Source of the DNA: Azolla caroliniana
Taxonomy: Eukaryota > Plantae > Polypodiophyta
DNA: 64,000 bases
Direction of reading: 5' to 3'
NCBI GenBank assembly: GCA_043228905.1
Contig: JBHGNT010000014.1
Location: 558,001-622,000 of the forward strand
A program made the translations under genes and the position numbers. Below are positions 12,001-25,056 of this stretch, piece after piece. Position 1 is the stretch's first letter; each line of letters opens with the position of its first letter. The notes below the pieces were generated by a model. The model saw only the letters and a list, made by a program, of their open reading frames with translations. It was not told where the DNA came from and made no database searches.

Positions 12001-14570
12001 GTCGGATTCCGGCACCGAACCTGTGATGGGACTTTAAAGGTGAGGTCCGCGTCGACCGAGAAGGCCTCGACATCGGCTAATGTGAGATTACGCCGATCGA
12101 CCCGCCAGAAGAATCCTGTTTTGCGGTTCGGATACAATGAGTACATGGCGCATCATTATGCGTACATGACCCGTGTAGCGGAAGTGCGTGAGCCGGAGAG
12201 CTACGCAGAAGCGGCTAAAGACGCGAATTGGCGTGCCGCGATGGAGGAAGAGATGCACGCATTGGCGGAGAACGAGACCTAGGACCTGGTTGACGCACTG
12301 AAGGGTGTGAAGCCGATCGGATGTAGGTGGGTGTACAAGGTCAAGTACAACACCGACGGCTCGGTCAACCGATACAAAGCCCGGTTAGTAGCGAAAGGCT
12401 ACGCGCAGAAACACGGCATCGACTATGATGAGACGTTTGCATTGGTCGCGAAGATGACGACCGTCCGTGTTTTGCTCGTGGTAGCTGCAGCAAAGGGGTG
12501 GCACGTACATCAGATGGATGTAAAGAATGCGTTCTTGCAAGGTGAGCTTGAGGAACAGGTGTACATGGTACAACCCCCCGGATTTCAGTCTAGAACGAAC
12601 TCCTCGGCAATATGCCGACTAAAGAAGTCCCTTTACGGACTGAAGCAAGCCCCACGTGCCTGGAACGCGAAGATCACGCAACAACTGCGTCGGATGGGCT
12701 TCGTCACGTCAAAATCGGACTCTTCCCTGTTCATCCGGAAAGGTCGACTCGGACCGATTAGTATTTTACTATATGTTGATGACTTGGTCAGCACCGGCGC
12801 CGACCTAGGTGAAATCGACCGCGTGAAGCTCCAGCTTGCGGCATCGTTCGACATGAAGGATCTGGGGGACCTTCATTACTTCCTCGGGATCGAAGTGATC
12901 CGTACCCTCGAAGGCATATTGATCAGCCAACGTCATTACGTGCTGGGTATGCTCTTCAAACTCGGGATGGCCGACTGTAAGTCTGTCTCGACTCCTCTGG
13001 TTAGAACCATCAAGCTTCGTCCCGATACGGGAAAGGTATGCGACCCGACGAGGTTCCGAACAAATTGTCGGAAGCCTCATATACTTGACCATCACCCGAC
13101 CCGACCTCAGTTATCCGGTTGGGGTGATCAATCAGTTCATGGCGCGACCTAACGAGGAGCACCTTCAGTGTGCGCAACGCATACTTCGGTATGTCAACGG
13201 CACTAAGGACCGGGGACTGCTATATCGGACCGGTGCAACCACGCAGTTAGTCGGCTACACTGATGCTGATTGGGCTGGAATTGCCGCTGATCGCCGATCC
13301 ATGTCCGGATACGCCTTCTCCCTCGGGAGTGCCGCGATCGCGTGGAGCAGTAAGAAGCAGCCGACAGTTGCATTGTCGAGCACCGAAGCTGAATACCGAG
13401 GAGCGGCTGTCGCGACATGAGAAGCCATATGGTTGAAGCGGCTACTTAAGGACCTGCAGGTGGAGGTGTCAGATCCGACGACGATCTACTGTGACAACCT
13501 CAGCAGCATCCAGCTCGCGAAGAAGAAAGGAGCGGAGACCGTGACACCGAGTCCGAGTCGGTAGACTGGGTTGTCGAGTTCGAGTTCGGATCGGCTGAAG
13601 AAGTCGAGGGCGGACCCACGGAAAAGTCCGAAAGCGGATAGAAGGGGAGCAGCCGAAGGAGAGAGCCGATGCCAACCACGCATGGGGGAGATGACGCAAT
13701 CGAGGACGAGAAGACCGAAGATGAGTTGGAGACAGCCAACTCGGACGAGAGCGAAAACCGATCAGAAGTAGCCGAGTCGGTTCGCATGTTTGATTCAGAC
13801 ACGCTGAATCAACAGAGGCCCAAGCGGAAGAAAAGGCAGCAGGAGAGGCGTCAACACCGCAACAGCAGAAGAGCTAAGGGCCGCATGAGCAGACAAGCCG
13901 ACCGGAAGGGTCGAAACGCGCAGAGTCGAACAGGTCGAGGAGCGCGAGCGAAGCGTGAAGCCACGAGGAACCGAAGCTGTGTGCCCGAGGATCCCGAAGA
14001 GCCTCAAGTTGATCTTGAGGGGGAGTGTTGAGAGACAAGCTCAACATCAGGCCGGTTCGGCTAAAGTAATGAAGATCCCCCAGGTCCTTCATGTCGAACG
14101 ATGCCGTAAGCTGGAGCTTCACGCGGTCGATTTCTCCTAGGTCAGTGCCGGTGATGACCAAGTCATCAACATATGTTGAAAGACAAGCTCAACATTGGCC
14201 GGTTCGGCTGAAGAAGCCGAGGACCGGATCGGTTGGGACCGATCGGTTAGGCCGAGTGCGTAAACCGGGAGGTCGTTAGGAAAGATATTCCATGAGGAAT
14301 ATATTTGGGAGTTAGTGTAGGAGCTCTTGATGAGCATTGAAGTACTGTCAGTACTTCGGTCAGTCCTTCTAGGGCTTGTATAAAAGTGTTCACTGAGCAC
14401 GTCTAATGTACAGACTGAGTATTATTTTTGAATATAGTTTTTTCTGTCTTCTCTCTCACTCTCTCTCTGTCTCTCCCGCGTATACCGTGTAAGCTCAAGC
14501 TCTCCATTAAACCTGAGTTTCCTTCCTTCTGTTCGGTCTTCATACTGGCTTCCGCACGTTACTTTCTACA
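9022..14570 (+). mobile_element. Copia B3, inserted in the RT YVDD motif of B2
   Basis: LTRs 9022-9418 and 14174-14570 (397 bp); TSD ACATA; PBS 9419-9430; gag from 9482; pol with stops and frameshifts. Confidence 0.95.
9482..14031 (+). pseudogene. B3 gag-pol (degenerate) with C-terminal tail
   Basis: ORF fragments 9482-10630, 10656-10943, 11226-11864, 12307-13152, 13085-13420, 13669-14031 carry Copia motifs. Confidence 0.92.
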
Positions 14571-15342
14571 ACATATAGTAAAATACTGACCAGACCAAGT
14601 CGACCTTTTCGGATGAATAGGGAAGAGTCCGATTTTGACGTTGCAAAGCCCATCCGACGCAGTTGCCGCGTGATCTTCGCGTTCCAGGCACGCGAGGCTT
14701 GCTTGACTCTGTAAAGGGACTTCTTCGTTCCAGAGTGAAATCCAGGGGGTTGTACCATGTACACCTATTCCTCAAGCTCACCTTACAAGAATGCTGTCGT
14801 GAAGATTTTCGTCCATAGGCGGAAACCGGGGTGGAAGGGGCAAGTTGGTGGTGTGCAACATGTGCACATGTATACTAGGATATGGTGTATAGAAAGAGAG
14901 GGGAAATTTTCGTCCCACATTGTAAGGTCCCTCCCTCCTTGGGCTATAAAAGGAGGGGAGGGGTCACTTATGAGGGGGTTGCCTATTTTGTGCGAGTAAG
15001 GTATACCACTTAGTCTAGGGTTCTCCCTCTTCCCATTTCGTTTTAGGGTTAGGGTTTCGGTTAGGGTTTTCTTCTTGGGTTTCCCTTTAGGGTTTTCGGA
15101 TAGTCATTTTTGGTGCGGCCATGGCGGCCACCACTGTTGTAACCGTTCGTTGTTTTAACATAACTTGTTGAACATCTTGCCTCCACAGATCTCTCCTTCG
15201 ATGTCGTAGTCTTATTCTTTCCTCTTCTCCTCTTGAGCTAAGCCTCCATATCATGTCCTATTCTTTCTCCTCCACTCCCTAGTCCAAGACCCCCGCGGTC
15301 CCGCCCCTTCTACACGCACGCGCGTAACAAACGCGACATCTT

Positions 15343-15360
15343 TGGTGAACCCGACGTGAA
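15343..15360 (+). promoter_or_regulatory. Primer binding site (tRNA-Trp)
   Basis: TGGTGAACCCGACGTGAA is complementary to the plant tRNA-Trp 3' end (TTCACGTCGGGTTCACCA). Confidence 0.88.
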
Positions 15361-15367
15361 CGACGGC

Positions 15368-17743
15368 ATGGGAGAGATGGTGGCAAGCGTAGTCGAGGCT
15401 TGCGGAATCGGAGATGGGGTAGCCGCGGACAACGACGACCGGACGGAAGCGGCTACTGACACAACGAGTGGCGGTGCCGGGTCCTTACCCACACCGGTCC
15501 TAGAGGCTCCGGCGGCCGGCCCGAGTGCCGGCGTGAGACCTAGAGTGACGGGCGGTGGTGGCGGCAAGGCGGGCTACCACGGCGACGAAGAGAACGAGGA
15601 AGAGATAGCCACGGACCACGGCGTCCGAACGAAGGTGGCTACGAACATGGCATCGGCGAGTAACGGTATCGGGACTTTTCCCACACCTATTCTAGAGACT
15701 TCGGCGGTCGGCCCCGAAAGCCCACGTGAGACCGGAGAGACGGAAGGTGGCGGCGGCAAAGCGGACGATCGAAACGACGACGAGGAAGGTCATAGCGGAC
15801 GGAGGCAAGACCTCTTGACACCAAGACCAGAGACTACGGCGGTTGCGCTCGAATGCCAACATAAGACCGGAGAGAAGGGCGGTGGCCGTAAGGAGGCGTG
15901 GCCCGGAGCGAACACGTACGAAGATGAGGATGCGAGGCCCGGAATGGGCATATACGAGAGGACCGACGGAGAGGTTGGGAGCGGCAAAGAGGAGAGAGTC
16001 GGGAACCGACCCGACCGGAAGATGAACCGGTCGATAATCCGACACAACCGGAAGACGACGCGGAAGAAGATTGGAGCGGGGTCCGGTCAACCAGGCCTGA
16101 ACCGAAGAAGAGCCGACAAGGCTGGATTTGTTCGGACAAACATGTACCGGCCGATTACGATTATGGAAGGGAGCCGACCAAACCAGGACCCGATCGGCCG
16201 AGACCGATCCGGGCGAACGGGCCACAACACTCGGTGGGAGCCGGTGAGCACAAGAAGGAGGCCAAGCATGCACAAGGAGTACGACTCGGTGGAAGGCCAA
16301 GAGTGAGAGGGACCCTCCACATCTATCCTTGAGACTTCGGCGGTTGCGGATCAACATAAGACTGGAGACACGACGGGTGGCGGCGAGGAGTCAGAGACCG
16401 GAACTGATGAGGCCACTAGAACGGGTACCCGGTGCGTGAAGACGGACGAGCACGGCCAAGACGGCAAGCCGGAGTCGAAAGGGGCTACGGCAAGAAAGGA
16501 CGAAGAGACCGACGCGGAGGTCGGGTCTACGACGGATGAGGCGCGTAAAACGGAGCATGCACTACGGCCAGCGAAGGGCCAAGAAGTAAGCATGCACCCG
16601 GAAGAGCGGCAACGAGTGACCGGCAACGGTGGACCGGTCGAGCCTTTGAGAGACAAGCACGCGGCGAGAGACGAAGCCGTAAGGTGCCGAGATCGGCGGA
16701 TGGGTGGCGAGAGCGAAGGATGGTGCGCGGAGAACAACGGGGTACACACCGGGAAGAGAAAACGCAGCGGCTTCCCGGAGGACATACAAGGCCAAGCGGG
16801 CCAAGAGGGCGCAAGCCGAGGCGAGGCGGTAACAAGAGCCTCGAGGGACACCGACACGGAGGTCGGGAGGACGGTACGCTCTACGGTGAGAGAGCACGAC
16901 GGGCAAAGGAGAGGCAAGGAACGCGGAATGGGGTCGCCTAAGGGCCAAAGAATGAGCGCATATTCGGGGGACAACATCGGCGCACGAGAAGAGCCTATGG
17001 AAGGCAAGCGCGGAGCAGGAAGAGTCGACACGCCGAGGTGTTCGGCTTGCGGAGACGATAAAACCAAAGGAGGAACATATGCGGCACGAAAAGGGCGGAA
17101 TCCGGAGTACGATTGGAGAGTTCAGGAGCGCACCCGGAGGACATACGAGCCTTTGTGAGGGATGTGCGCGGCGAGAGATGGAGCGGTGAGGTGCCGGTAT
17201 CGGCGGATGATCGACGAGCGTGAAAAGCTATGTCTTGAGAACCGGAGGAGGTGCATGAAGAGCAACGGGCTACGCGCCGGGAAGAGGAAGCACGGCTTCC
17301 CGGAAGGCATGCGAGGCCAAGCGGGCCAAGAGGACGAGAGTCGGGATGAAGCGGTAACGGGAGTCGCGAAGGACATTGACATGGTGGTCGGGATGACGGT
17401 ACGCTCTACGGCAAGAGAGCACGACGAGCAAGGGAGAAGCAAGGAGCGCGTAATGGGGTCACATAAGGACCGAAGAACGAGCACGCATTCGATGGACGAC
17501 AACGACGCACGGAAAGTGCCTACGGAAGCCAAGTGCAGAACGAAGGGAGTCGGTACGAGGTGTTCGGGGCGAGGAGAAGGTCAAGCCGGAGGTGGAACAC
17601 ACGCGATACGCGAGGAGCGGCACCCGACGAGCAATCGAAGTAATCGGGGGTCTAACAGGAGGACATGCGCGGTGAGCGAAGGAAAGGAGACCGGATCGGC
17701 AACGGTGTTTGGGATGGCCAGTCGAAGAAGAAGGTGCATGTGA
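15368..17743 (+). pseudogene. Long repetitive G/E/R/T-rich ORF of NA1 (~790 codons, two TGA interruptions), function unknown
   Basis: ORFs 15356-16306, 16436-17158 and 17162-17743 are in one frame separated by single TGAs; homologous peptides in NA2. Confidence 0.6.
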
Positions 17744-18709
17744 CGGACATGGCGGATCGGATGGAGCCGACGGTTCGGGGAAACACGGTGGACGTGGTGG
17801 ATCGGCTGGAGTCGGCGGGTCGGGGCCGGCAAGACGGATCGGCGCCAGCAAGGGACCGGCAAGAAGGTTGGGTGCCGGTAAGGCGAAAGACCCGGTTGAT
17901 CACCGTGGACGAAATCTCTCACCCTTTTTCCTTTCTTGGCACATACCGGCGGATGTGCGGTTTGGTGGGGGTGGATGTCGTGAAGATTTTCATCCATAGG
18001 CGGAAACCGGGATGGAAGGGGCAAGTCGGTGGTGTGCCACATGTGCACATCTATACTAGGATATGGTGTATAGAAAGAGAGGGGAAATTTTCGTCCCACA
18101 TTGTAAGGTCCCTCCCTCCTTGGGCTATAAAAGGAGGGGAGGGGTCACTTATGAGGGGGTTGCCTATTTTGTGCGAGTAAGGTATACCACTTAGTCTAGG
18201 GTTCTCCCCCTTCCCATTTCGTTTTAGGGTTAGGGTTTCGGTTAGGGTTTTCTTCTTGGGTTTCCCTTTAGGGTTTTCGGATAGTCATTTTTGGTGCGGC
18301 CATGGCAGCCACCACTGTTGTAACCGTTCGTTGTTTTAACATAACTTGTTGAACATCTTGCCTCCGCGCATCTCTCCTTCGATGTGGTGGTCTTATTCTT
18401 TCCTCTTCTCCTCTTGAGCTAAGCCTCCATATCATGTCCTATTCTTTCTCCTCCACTCCCTAGTCCAAGACCCTCGCGGTCCCGCCCCTTCTACACGCAC
18501 GCGCGTAACAAACGCGACAACGCATTCTTTACATCCATCTGATGTAAGTTCCACCCCTTTCCCGCAGCTACTGCGAGCAAAACACGAATGGTCATCATCT
18601 TCGCGACTGGCGCAAATGTCTCATCGTAATCAATGTCGTGTTTTTGCGCGTAGCCTTTCGCTACTAACCGGGTCTTCTATCGGTTGACCAAGCCGTCAGT
18701 GTTGTTTGT

Positions 18710-21700
18710 TGTCGCGTTGTTACGCGCGTGCGTGGAGAAAGGCGGGACCACGGGGGTCTTGGACTAGGGAATAGAGGAGAAGGAATCGGACATGGAATGG
18801 AAGCTTTGCTCAAGAAGGAGAAGAATGAACAAGAGATTAACTCGAACAAGAAGAAGATGGAGTCAAGATACTCAACAAGAAGTTTGATTAAGAAAACATA
18901 AACGCTTTATAATGGTGGCCGCCATGGCCGCACCAAACGACTATAAGAAAACCCTAAAGGGAAACCCAAGAAGAAAACCCTAACCGAACCCTAACGCTCG
19001 ACCTACGTGGTATACCTCGCACACTCAAAATAGGGGAGAGAACACGAGATTTTCGGCCACGACGACCGACCGAGTCCTTAGCGTCCTCGTGGGCCCGCCC
19101 GGCTTTGTCTTCCACTTCGAGCAAGACCACCCCGTCCACACGAACCACCGCCGCCTTCCGGCCCACCATCCTCGCCGAATGGTCTCGAACCGTCGGCGCC
19201 ATCCGATCCGCCACACTCGACGATGTTCGCCGAGTCGTTGCCTCCACCCGATCCGCCACGTCCACCGTGGGTCCTTGAACCACCGACTACATCCGACCCG
19301 CCGTATCCGATGCCTGTGCTTTCCTCCCCGTTCGGTCCTCCCGAACGCCATCGCCGACCCGGTTGCTCTTCCTTTGTCTGCCTCGTATATCCCCCGGATG
19401 CGCTCCAGGTCGCATGCCGAATTCCGCCCTTTCCGTGCCGCACACCTCGGCGTGCCGACTCTCTCCGCTCCGCGCTTGCCTTCCGTAGGCTTTCCCCGTA
19501 TGTCGATGTGGCCCCCCGAATGCGTGCTCGTGCTTCAATCCTTCGATGACCCCGTCACGCGTTTTTCGCTTTCCCCTTTTTCGCCGTGCTCTCTCGTAGT
19601 AGAGCGTATCGTCATCCCGACCTCCGTGTCGGTGTCCCTCGAGGCTCTCGTTATCGCCTCGCCTCGACTTGCGCCCTCGTTATCGCCTCGCCTCGACTCG
19701 CTTGGCCTTGTTTGCCCTCCGGGAAGCCGCCGCGCTTTCTCTTCCCGGTGTGTACCCCGTTGTTCTCCGCGCATCTCCTCCGTTTTCCTAGATATGACTC
19801 TCCGCTCATGCCGATCGCGCTCGGCCCATGTCGTCGATCTTGGTGTTTCGCCGCGCCATCCTTCGTCCCGCGCTTGCCTCTCGAAGGCTTGACCTGACCG
19901 TCATCGTCGGTCAATCGTTGTCGCCCATCCGCCGTATGCATGCTTGTGTCTTGGCCCTCCACTGGCCGTATTGCATGCGTCTCGTGTCGTTCTTCCGCCG
20001 TAGACCCGACCTCCGTGTCGGTCTCCAATTCCTCGCCGCCACCCACCGCTTCTTCGTTCTCCTTTCGATCCGCGACGGCCGATGCCTAACGGGTAGGTGT
20101 GGAGGGTTCCTCCCACTCTCGGTTCACCACCGAGTCCTCGCCTCTCAAAGGCTCAATCGGTCCACCGTTTCCGTTCACTCGTTGACGCTCTCTCGGATGC
20201 ATGCTCGTTCTTGGGCCCTTCACCGACCGTAGTGCATGCTTCGTGTTACGCCCTTCATCTGTCGTTGACCCGACCTCCGCGTCGGCCACTTCTTCCTTTG
20301 TCACCGTAGCCTGTTCCGACCCGAGCTTACCATCTTTGACCCGCTCATCCATCATCTCATACCGGATACCCGCTCCGATAACTTTGTCCGCTTCGGCCTC
20401 CGACTCCTCGCCGCCACCCGCCGTCTCTTCGGTCTCACGTTGATCCGCAACCGCCGAAGTCTCTAGAATGGGTGTGGAAGGTTCCTCTCGCTCTTGGTCT
20501 TCTAGCAAGCCGTGATCACCGTGCCCACTAGGCCTCCTTCTCGCTCTCACCGGCTCCCACCGTAACCGTACCCGGCCGGCTACGAATCGATCAAACAATC
20601 CCGGTCTTGCCGGCTTCCTTCGGTTCGTGCCTGGTTGACTGGCCCCCGCTTCACTCTTCTTCCGCTCCGGACCTCTCCTTCGGTCTTTTCGCACGTGCCC
20701 ACTCCGGGCCTCTCATCCTCACGGCCACCGCCCATCTCCCCGGTGTTATGTCCGCGCTCGGGCGCAACCGCCGAAGTCTCCGGCCCCGGCGTCGAGGGAT
20801 CTCGCCTCCGTCCGCTACAAACCTCCTCTTCATCATTTTGGTTGCCCGCCTTGCCGCTACCACCATCCGTCTCTCTAGGTCTCACACCGGCTCTCGGGCC
20901 GGTTACCGGAGTCTCTAGGACCGGTGTGTGGAAGGTCGCGGCACCGCCGCTCGTCTCCTCTTCTTCTTCGATTTCGCAAGCCTCGAGTATGCTCGCGAAA
21001 TCCTCGTAGAACGTTTCGGGCAACCGCGTCCCGAAACTTTCGCCCACTCTCGAAGTGGCGTCCATTGCTCCGTAGATATCGGCCTCATCCATGGCCGTCC
21101 TCTTTCCACAAGTCGCTCGCTCCGCACCCTCTCCCACATCGTCACTGTGGTCGTCCGTCTTGCCGCCGCCACCGTTCATTACCCTAAGTCTCACGCGGGC
21201 ACTCGGGCCGGCCGCCGGGGTCTCTTGAACCGGTGCGTGTAAGGTAGCAACGCCGCCGCTTGTCGATGCTATGCCCGTAGCCACCTCCATTCGGACATCG
21301 TCGTCCGTGGCTACCCCGTTTCCGTATATACATGCATCAATTATGCTTGCCGCCTCCTCTTCCACGGTCTCCTTACCGTTGTCTCGGTTGCCCGCCTTGC
21401 TGCCGCCACCGTCTGTCACTCTACGTCTCACACCAGCTCTCGGGCCGGTTGCCAGAGTCTCTAGGCCCGGTAGATGTCGCGTTGTTACGCGCGTGCGTGG
21501 AGAAAGGCGGGACCACGGGGGTCTTGGACTAGGGAGTAGAGGAGAAGGAATTGGACATGGAATGGAAGCTTTGCTCAAGAAGGAGAAGAATGAACAAGAG
21601 ATTAACTCGAACAAGAGGAAGATGGAGTCAAGATACTCAACAAGAAGTTCGATTAAGAAAACATAAACGCTTTACAATGGTGGCCGCCATGGCCGCACCA

Positions 21701-22148
21701 AACGACTATAAGAAAACCCTAAAGGGAAACCCAAGAAGAAAACCCTAACCGAACCCTAACACTCGACCTACGTGGTATACCTCGCACACTCAAAATAGGC
21801 AACCCCCACAATGGTGCCTTCTCTCTCCTTTTATAGCACAAGGAGGGAAGACCGCTTACAAAAGTGAGACTAAAATATCCCCTTTCATTCAAAGGGGATA
21901 TTTGCCTTGATTTGGGGGGAGGGTGAGATTGATGGCCCCCTAACTCCCACCTCCTCACAAACAACTAGGTACCTATGTACCGCATAGTACCTCTCTCTCT
22001 CTCTCTCTCGCGTGGATGTGCATACAACCACATCACCTTTATACCTTTATTACTATTACAAATACATTATGTACGTGTGCAACGTTGCACATCGCTCTTT
22101 GGCTCTCGTTGCTCGGGTTTCCGCTTGTGGACGAAAATCTTCACGACA
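18710..22148 (-). mobile_element. Non-autonomous element NA2 related to NA1; PBS and PPT/U3 deleted
   Basis: 5' LTR 21475-22148, truncated 3' LTR 18710-~19034; internal region aligns with NA1 at peptide level (TPVLETSAV, DAEVGSTTDE). Confidence 0.88.
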
Positions 22149-25056
22149 ACGTGACCTTGTACACCCACCTACATCCGATCGGCTTCACACCTATCGGTGC
22201 GTCAACCAGGTCCCAAGTTGTATTTTCTGCCAATGTGTGCATCTATTCCTCCATCACGGCGCGCCAATTCGCGTCCTTAGCCACTTCTGCATAGCTCTCC
22301 GGCTCACGCACTTCCGCTACATGGGTCATGTACGCATAATGATGCGCCATTTACTCGTTGTGTCTGAACTGCACAACTGGGTTCTTCTGGCGGGTAGATC
22401 AGCGTAATCGGTCATTAGCCGATGTCGAGGTCTTCTCGGCCGATGCGGACGTCGCTCTTGAAGACTCGTCACCGCTACCCTCGGAGTCGAACTCGCGTCG
22501 GTCTGACTCATTCCTATCCGTGCCGGAATCCGACACCTTCTTCTTCCCTTTCTCTTTGGGCATAAGCCGTCTCCTCGGCTTCCTGCGTGGGGAATGCACA
22601 ACCGAGTCTCCACTACTCGCCGGCTCTTCATCAGACTGGTTGAACCGAATCAGTTGTCCATTCGGTCCACTTAACCGAAACAAAATCGGACTCTCTTCGC
22701 AGGTCCCGATTTCAGGCTCATCCGGAGGAATCTCAATCTCGTTGACCTCATCATCAGAGCTCAGATTGGAATTGAGATTCAGAGTCGGAGGCAAGTATCA
22801 AGACGCTGACTCATCAAACACAACGTCGCAGCTCACGTGCGCTTGTTCGGTGCGGGGGTTATAACACTTATAACCCTTCTGCTCGTCCGAGTAACCGACC
22901 AAGATACATTTCTCCACCTTTGCGTCCAGCTTCCTCCGTTTCTCCTTCGGCTCATGCACATACGCAATGCTATCGAAAACTCGTAAGTGTCGCAAGTTCG
23001 GCTTTGTTCCGAAATATAGCTCGTGCGCTGACACTTTGTCTCCGATCCGATTTGGGATGTATACCGCGGTCCTTACCGCCTCGACCCAGTAGAACTTGGG
23101 CAAGCTCTTCTCCTCCAACATTGCCCGTGCCGCTTCCACAACCGACCGATTTTTCCCTTCGCGAACATTGTGGTGCAACTGTCAATAAAGTCGAGGATGA
23201 ACATCCTCCAATCTCTGCACCCTTGCGCAATAACATGGCCTTCTTCCTCAATGAAGCACCCGAGGTGTGTAAACCGGACCTCCATCCCTTGGTCGATGAT
23301 CTATCCGACCGACATCAAGCTCTTCGTGATTGTCGGAACGTGTAGCACGTTCATGAGTTTCCCTTTCTACTCGACATGGCTCAGGGGGACTTCTCCGACA
23401 CTCGTGATTGGATGCCGAGTGTCGTCTCCAGTTGCGACTACTCCTGGTTGCATCGGTTTTTCTAGGTATGAGAACCACTCCTTATGGCTCGTCATGTGAT
23501 TTGATGCGCCGGAGTCGACGTACCACACCTCGTCCGATTTCAGGGTGGTCTGCTTCATTGAGTTTACTTCGTGTCTCGTCACGAAGGCAGACCCTTTTCC
23601 TGCTTTTCCGGATACTTCGGCGTAATGCGATCGCTGCCGAATTCCTTTGTCGGTATGTTCGGAACTAGATCCGGAACCGGTCCTCTCCGACTCGGTGCGC
23701 TTTGTCCAGCACTCGCTCTCCTTGTGGCCTTTCTTGCCACAGTACCAGCATTCCGTGGCGGGTTTCCCTTGCCAGTTCTCATTGCCTCGACTCTCCCTGT
23801 TTCCGGAGGGTCGGAATTGCTGTCGTCATCATTTCGGTGCCTCCTTCCTTGATCTCGTCGGCCACCTCCATTGCACACTGACTCCCCTCGTCCTCCACGT
23901 CCATGGGGTCTATCTCTCTCCGTGTATGGCATCTTGTTGTCGGTGTGCGTGCTCGTTGATGCAGCTGCATGGTTCTCCTCTACCAAGAGCATCGATTGTA
24001 AGTCGAAAAAGGACTGCGTATTCTCTCGGGTACACACAGCAGTTCGGAACGCCCCAAACTTCGACGCCAAACCCCCGAGATAGACCTGGACCATCTCGCT
24101 TTCCTCGATGTTCACATCGATGGAAGCTAAGGAGTCGCATATGTCCTTGATCTTCGGGGTATAGTCAACCACCGACAAATCGCGTTGTTGCAGGTTGCTC
24201 AACTCCTGTCGGAGCTGAAGCTTCCTGGCTATGGTGCTCGCGGCGAAGATCTTCTTTAGATTTTCCCACACACCGTTCGGCGTTTTTGCATCCCGAACAT
24301 AGTTTAATAGTTGTTCACCCAGACAAGACACGAAACAGTACAACATTCTGCTCGTCGATTGTTCCCACGCCGGAAAGTCTTTGTGTGTCGATTCGGGTGC
24401 TGCGTCATTCGCTCCTTCGACATAGCTCCAGTAACTGTGCCCAAGCAGGTACTAGTGCATCTTGTAGGACCAAGATGCGTAGTTGGTTCTGTCGAGCTTC
24501 TCCGTCGGAAGTGAGCTAGCCATTCCTTTGTCTATCGGTTTTCTTGTTCTTCTTCGGTTGTTTTTCCTTCAAGCAAAGTCGACTGTAGAGGTTCTCAACC
24601 CTTGCGCTTTGATACCATGAAAAGAATGGCGTGCGGAAGCAATATAGAAAACCAAACAACAGAAAACAAAGGTTTAATGGAAAGCTTAGGTTTGCACAGT
24701 ATGCACGGAAGAGACAGAGAGAGTAGAAAACAGAACTATATTCGAAATAATACTCAATCTATACATCGTGTGTGTTCAATGAACACTTTTATACAAGTCC
24801 TTTTCAGACTGATAGAAGTACTGATAGTACTTCAATGCTCATTAAGGAGCCCCTACATTAACTGCCAAATATATTACTTACGGAATATATTTCCGATGGC
24901 CTCACAGTTTCTGCACCGATCCGGCCTTCCTACGCACCGGTCTGCGTACCGGTACCGATCTGGCCTAACCGATCGGTCCCAACCGATCTGGTCCTCGGCT
25001 TGCTCAGCCAATCCGGCCGATGTTGAGCTTGTCTCTCAACAGGATACAACGAGTAC

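Larger units (their letters stand above)
14795..18519 (+). mobile_element. Non-autonomous Gypsy-type LTR element NA1 (LARD-like)
   Basis: 544-bp LTRs 14795-15338 and 17976-18519 (TGTCG...CGACA), nearly identical; 4-bp TSD ATGC/ACGC; Trp PBS; no gag/pol motifs. Confidence 0.93.
7157..25041 (-). mobile_element. Copia B2, nested antisense in B1
   Basis: LTRs 7157-7552 and 24618-25041; TSD GGATA (7152-7156, 25042-25046); PBS 24606-24617; integrase core deleted near 23155; interrupted by B3, NA1 and NA2. Confidence 0.95.

Noticed and set aside
15692-17067. Antisense ORFs in NA1 and similar overlapping ORFs in B elements
   Set aside because: Shadow frames of GC-rich sequence; not continuous or conserved.
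14795-22148. One DIRS-like or inverted-repeat element spanning NA1 and NA2
   Set aside because: Two independent, oppositely oriented insertions separated by 190 bp of B2 RT; no tyrosine recombinase.
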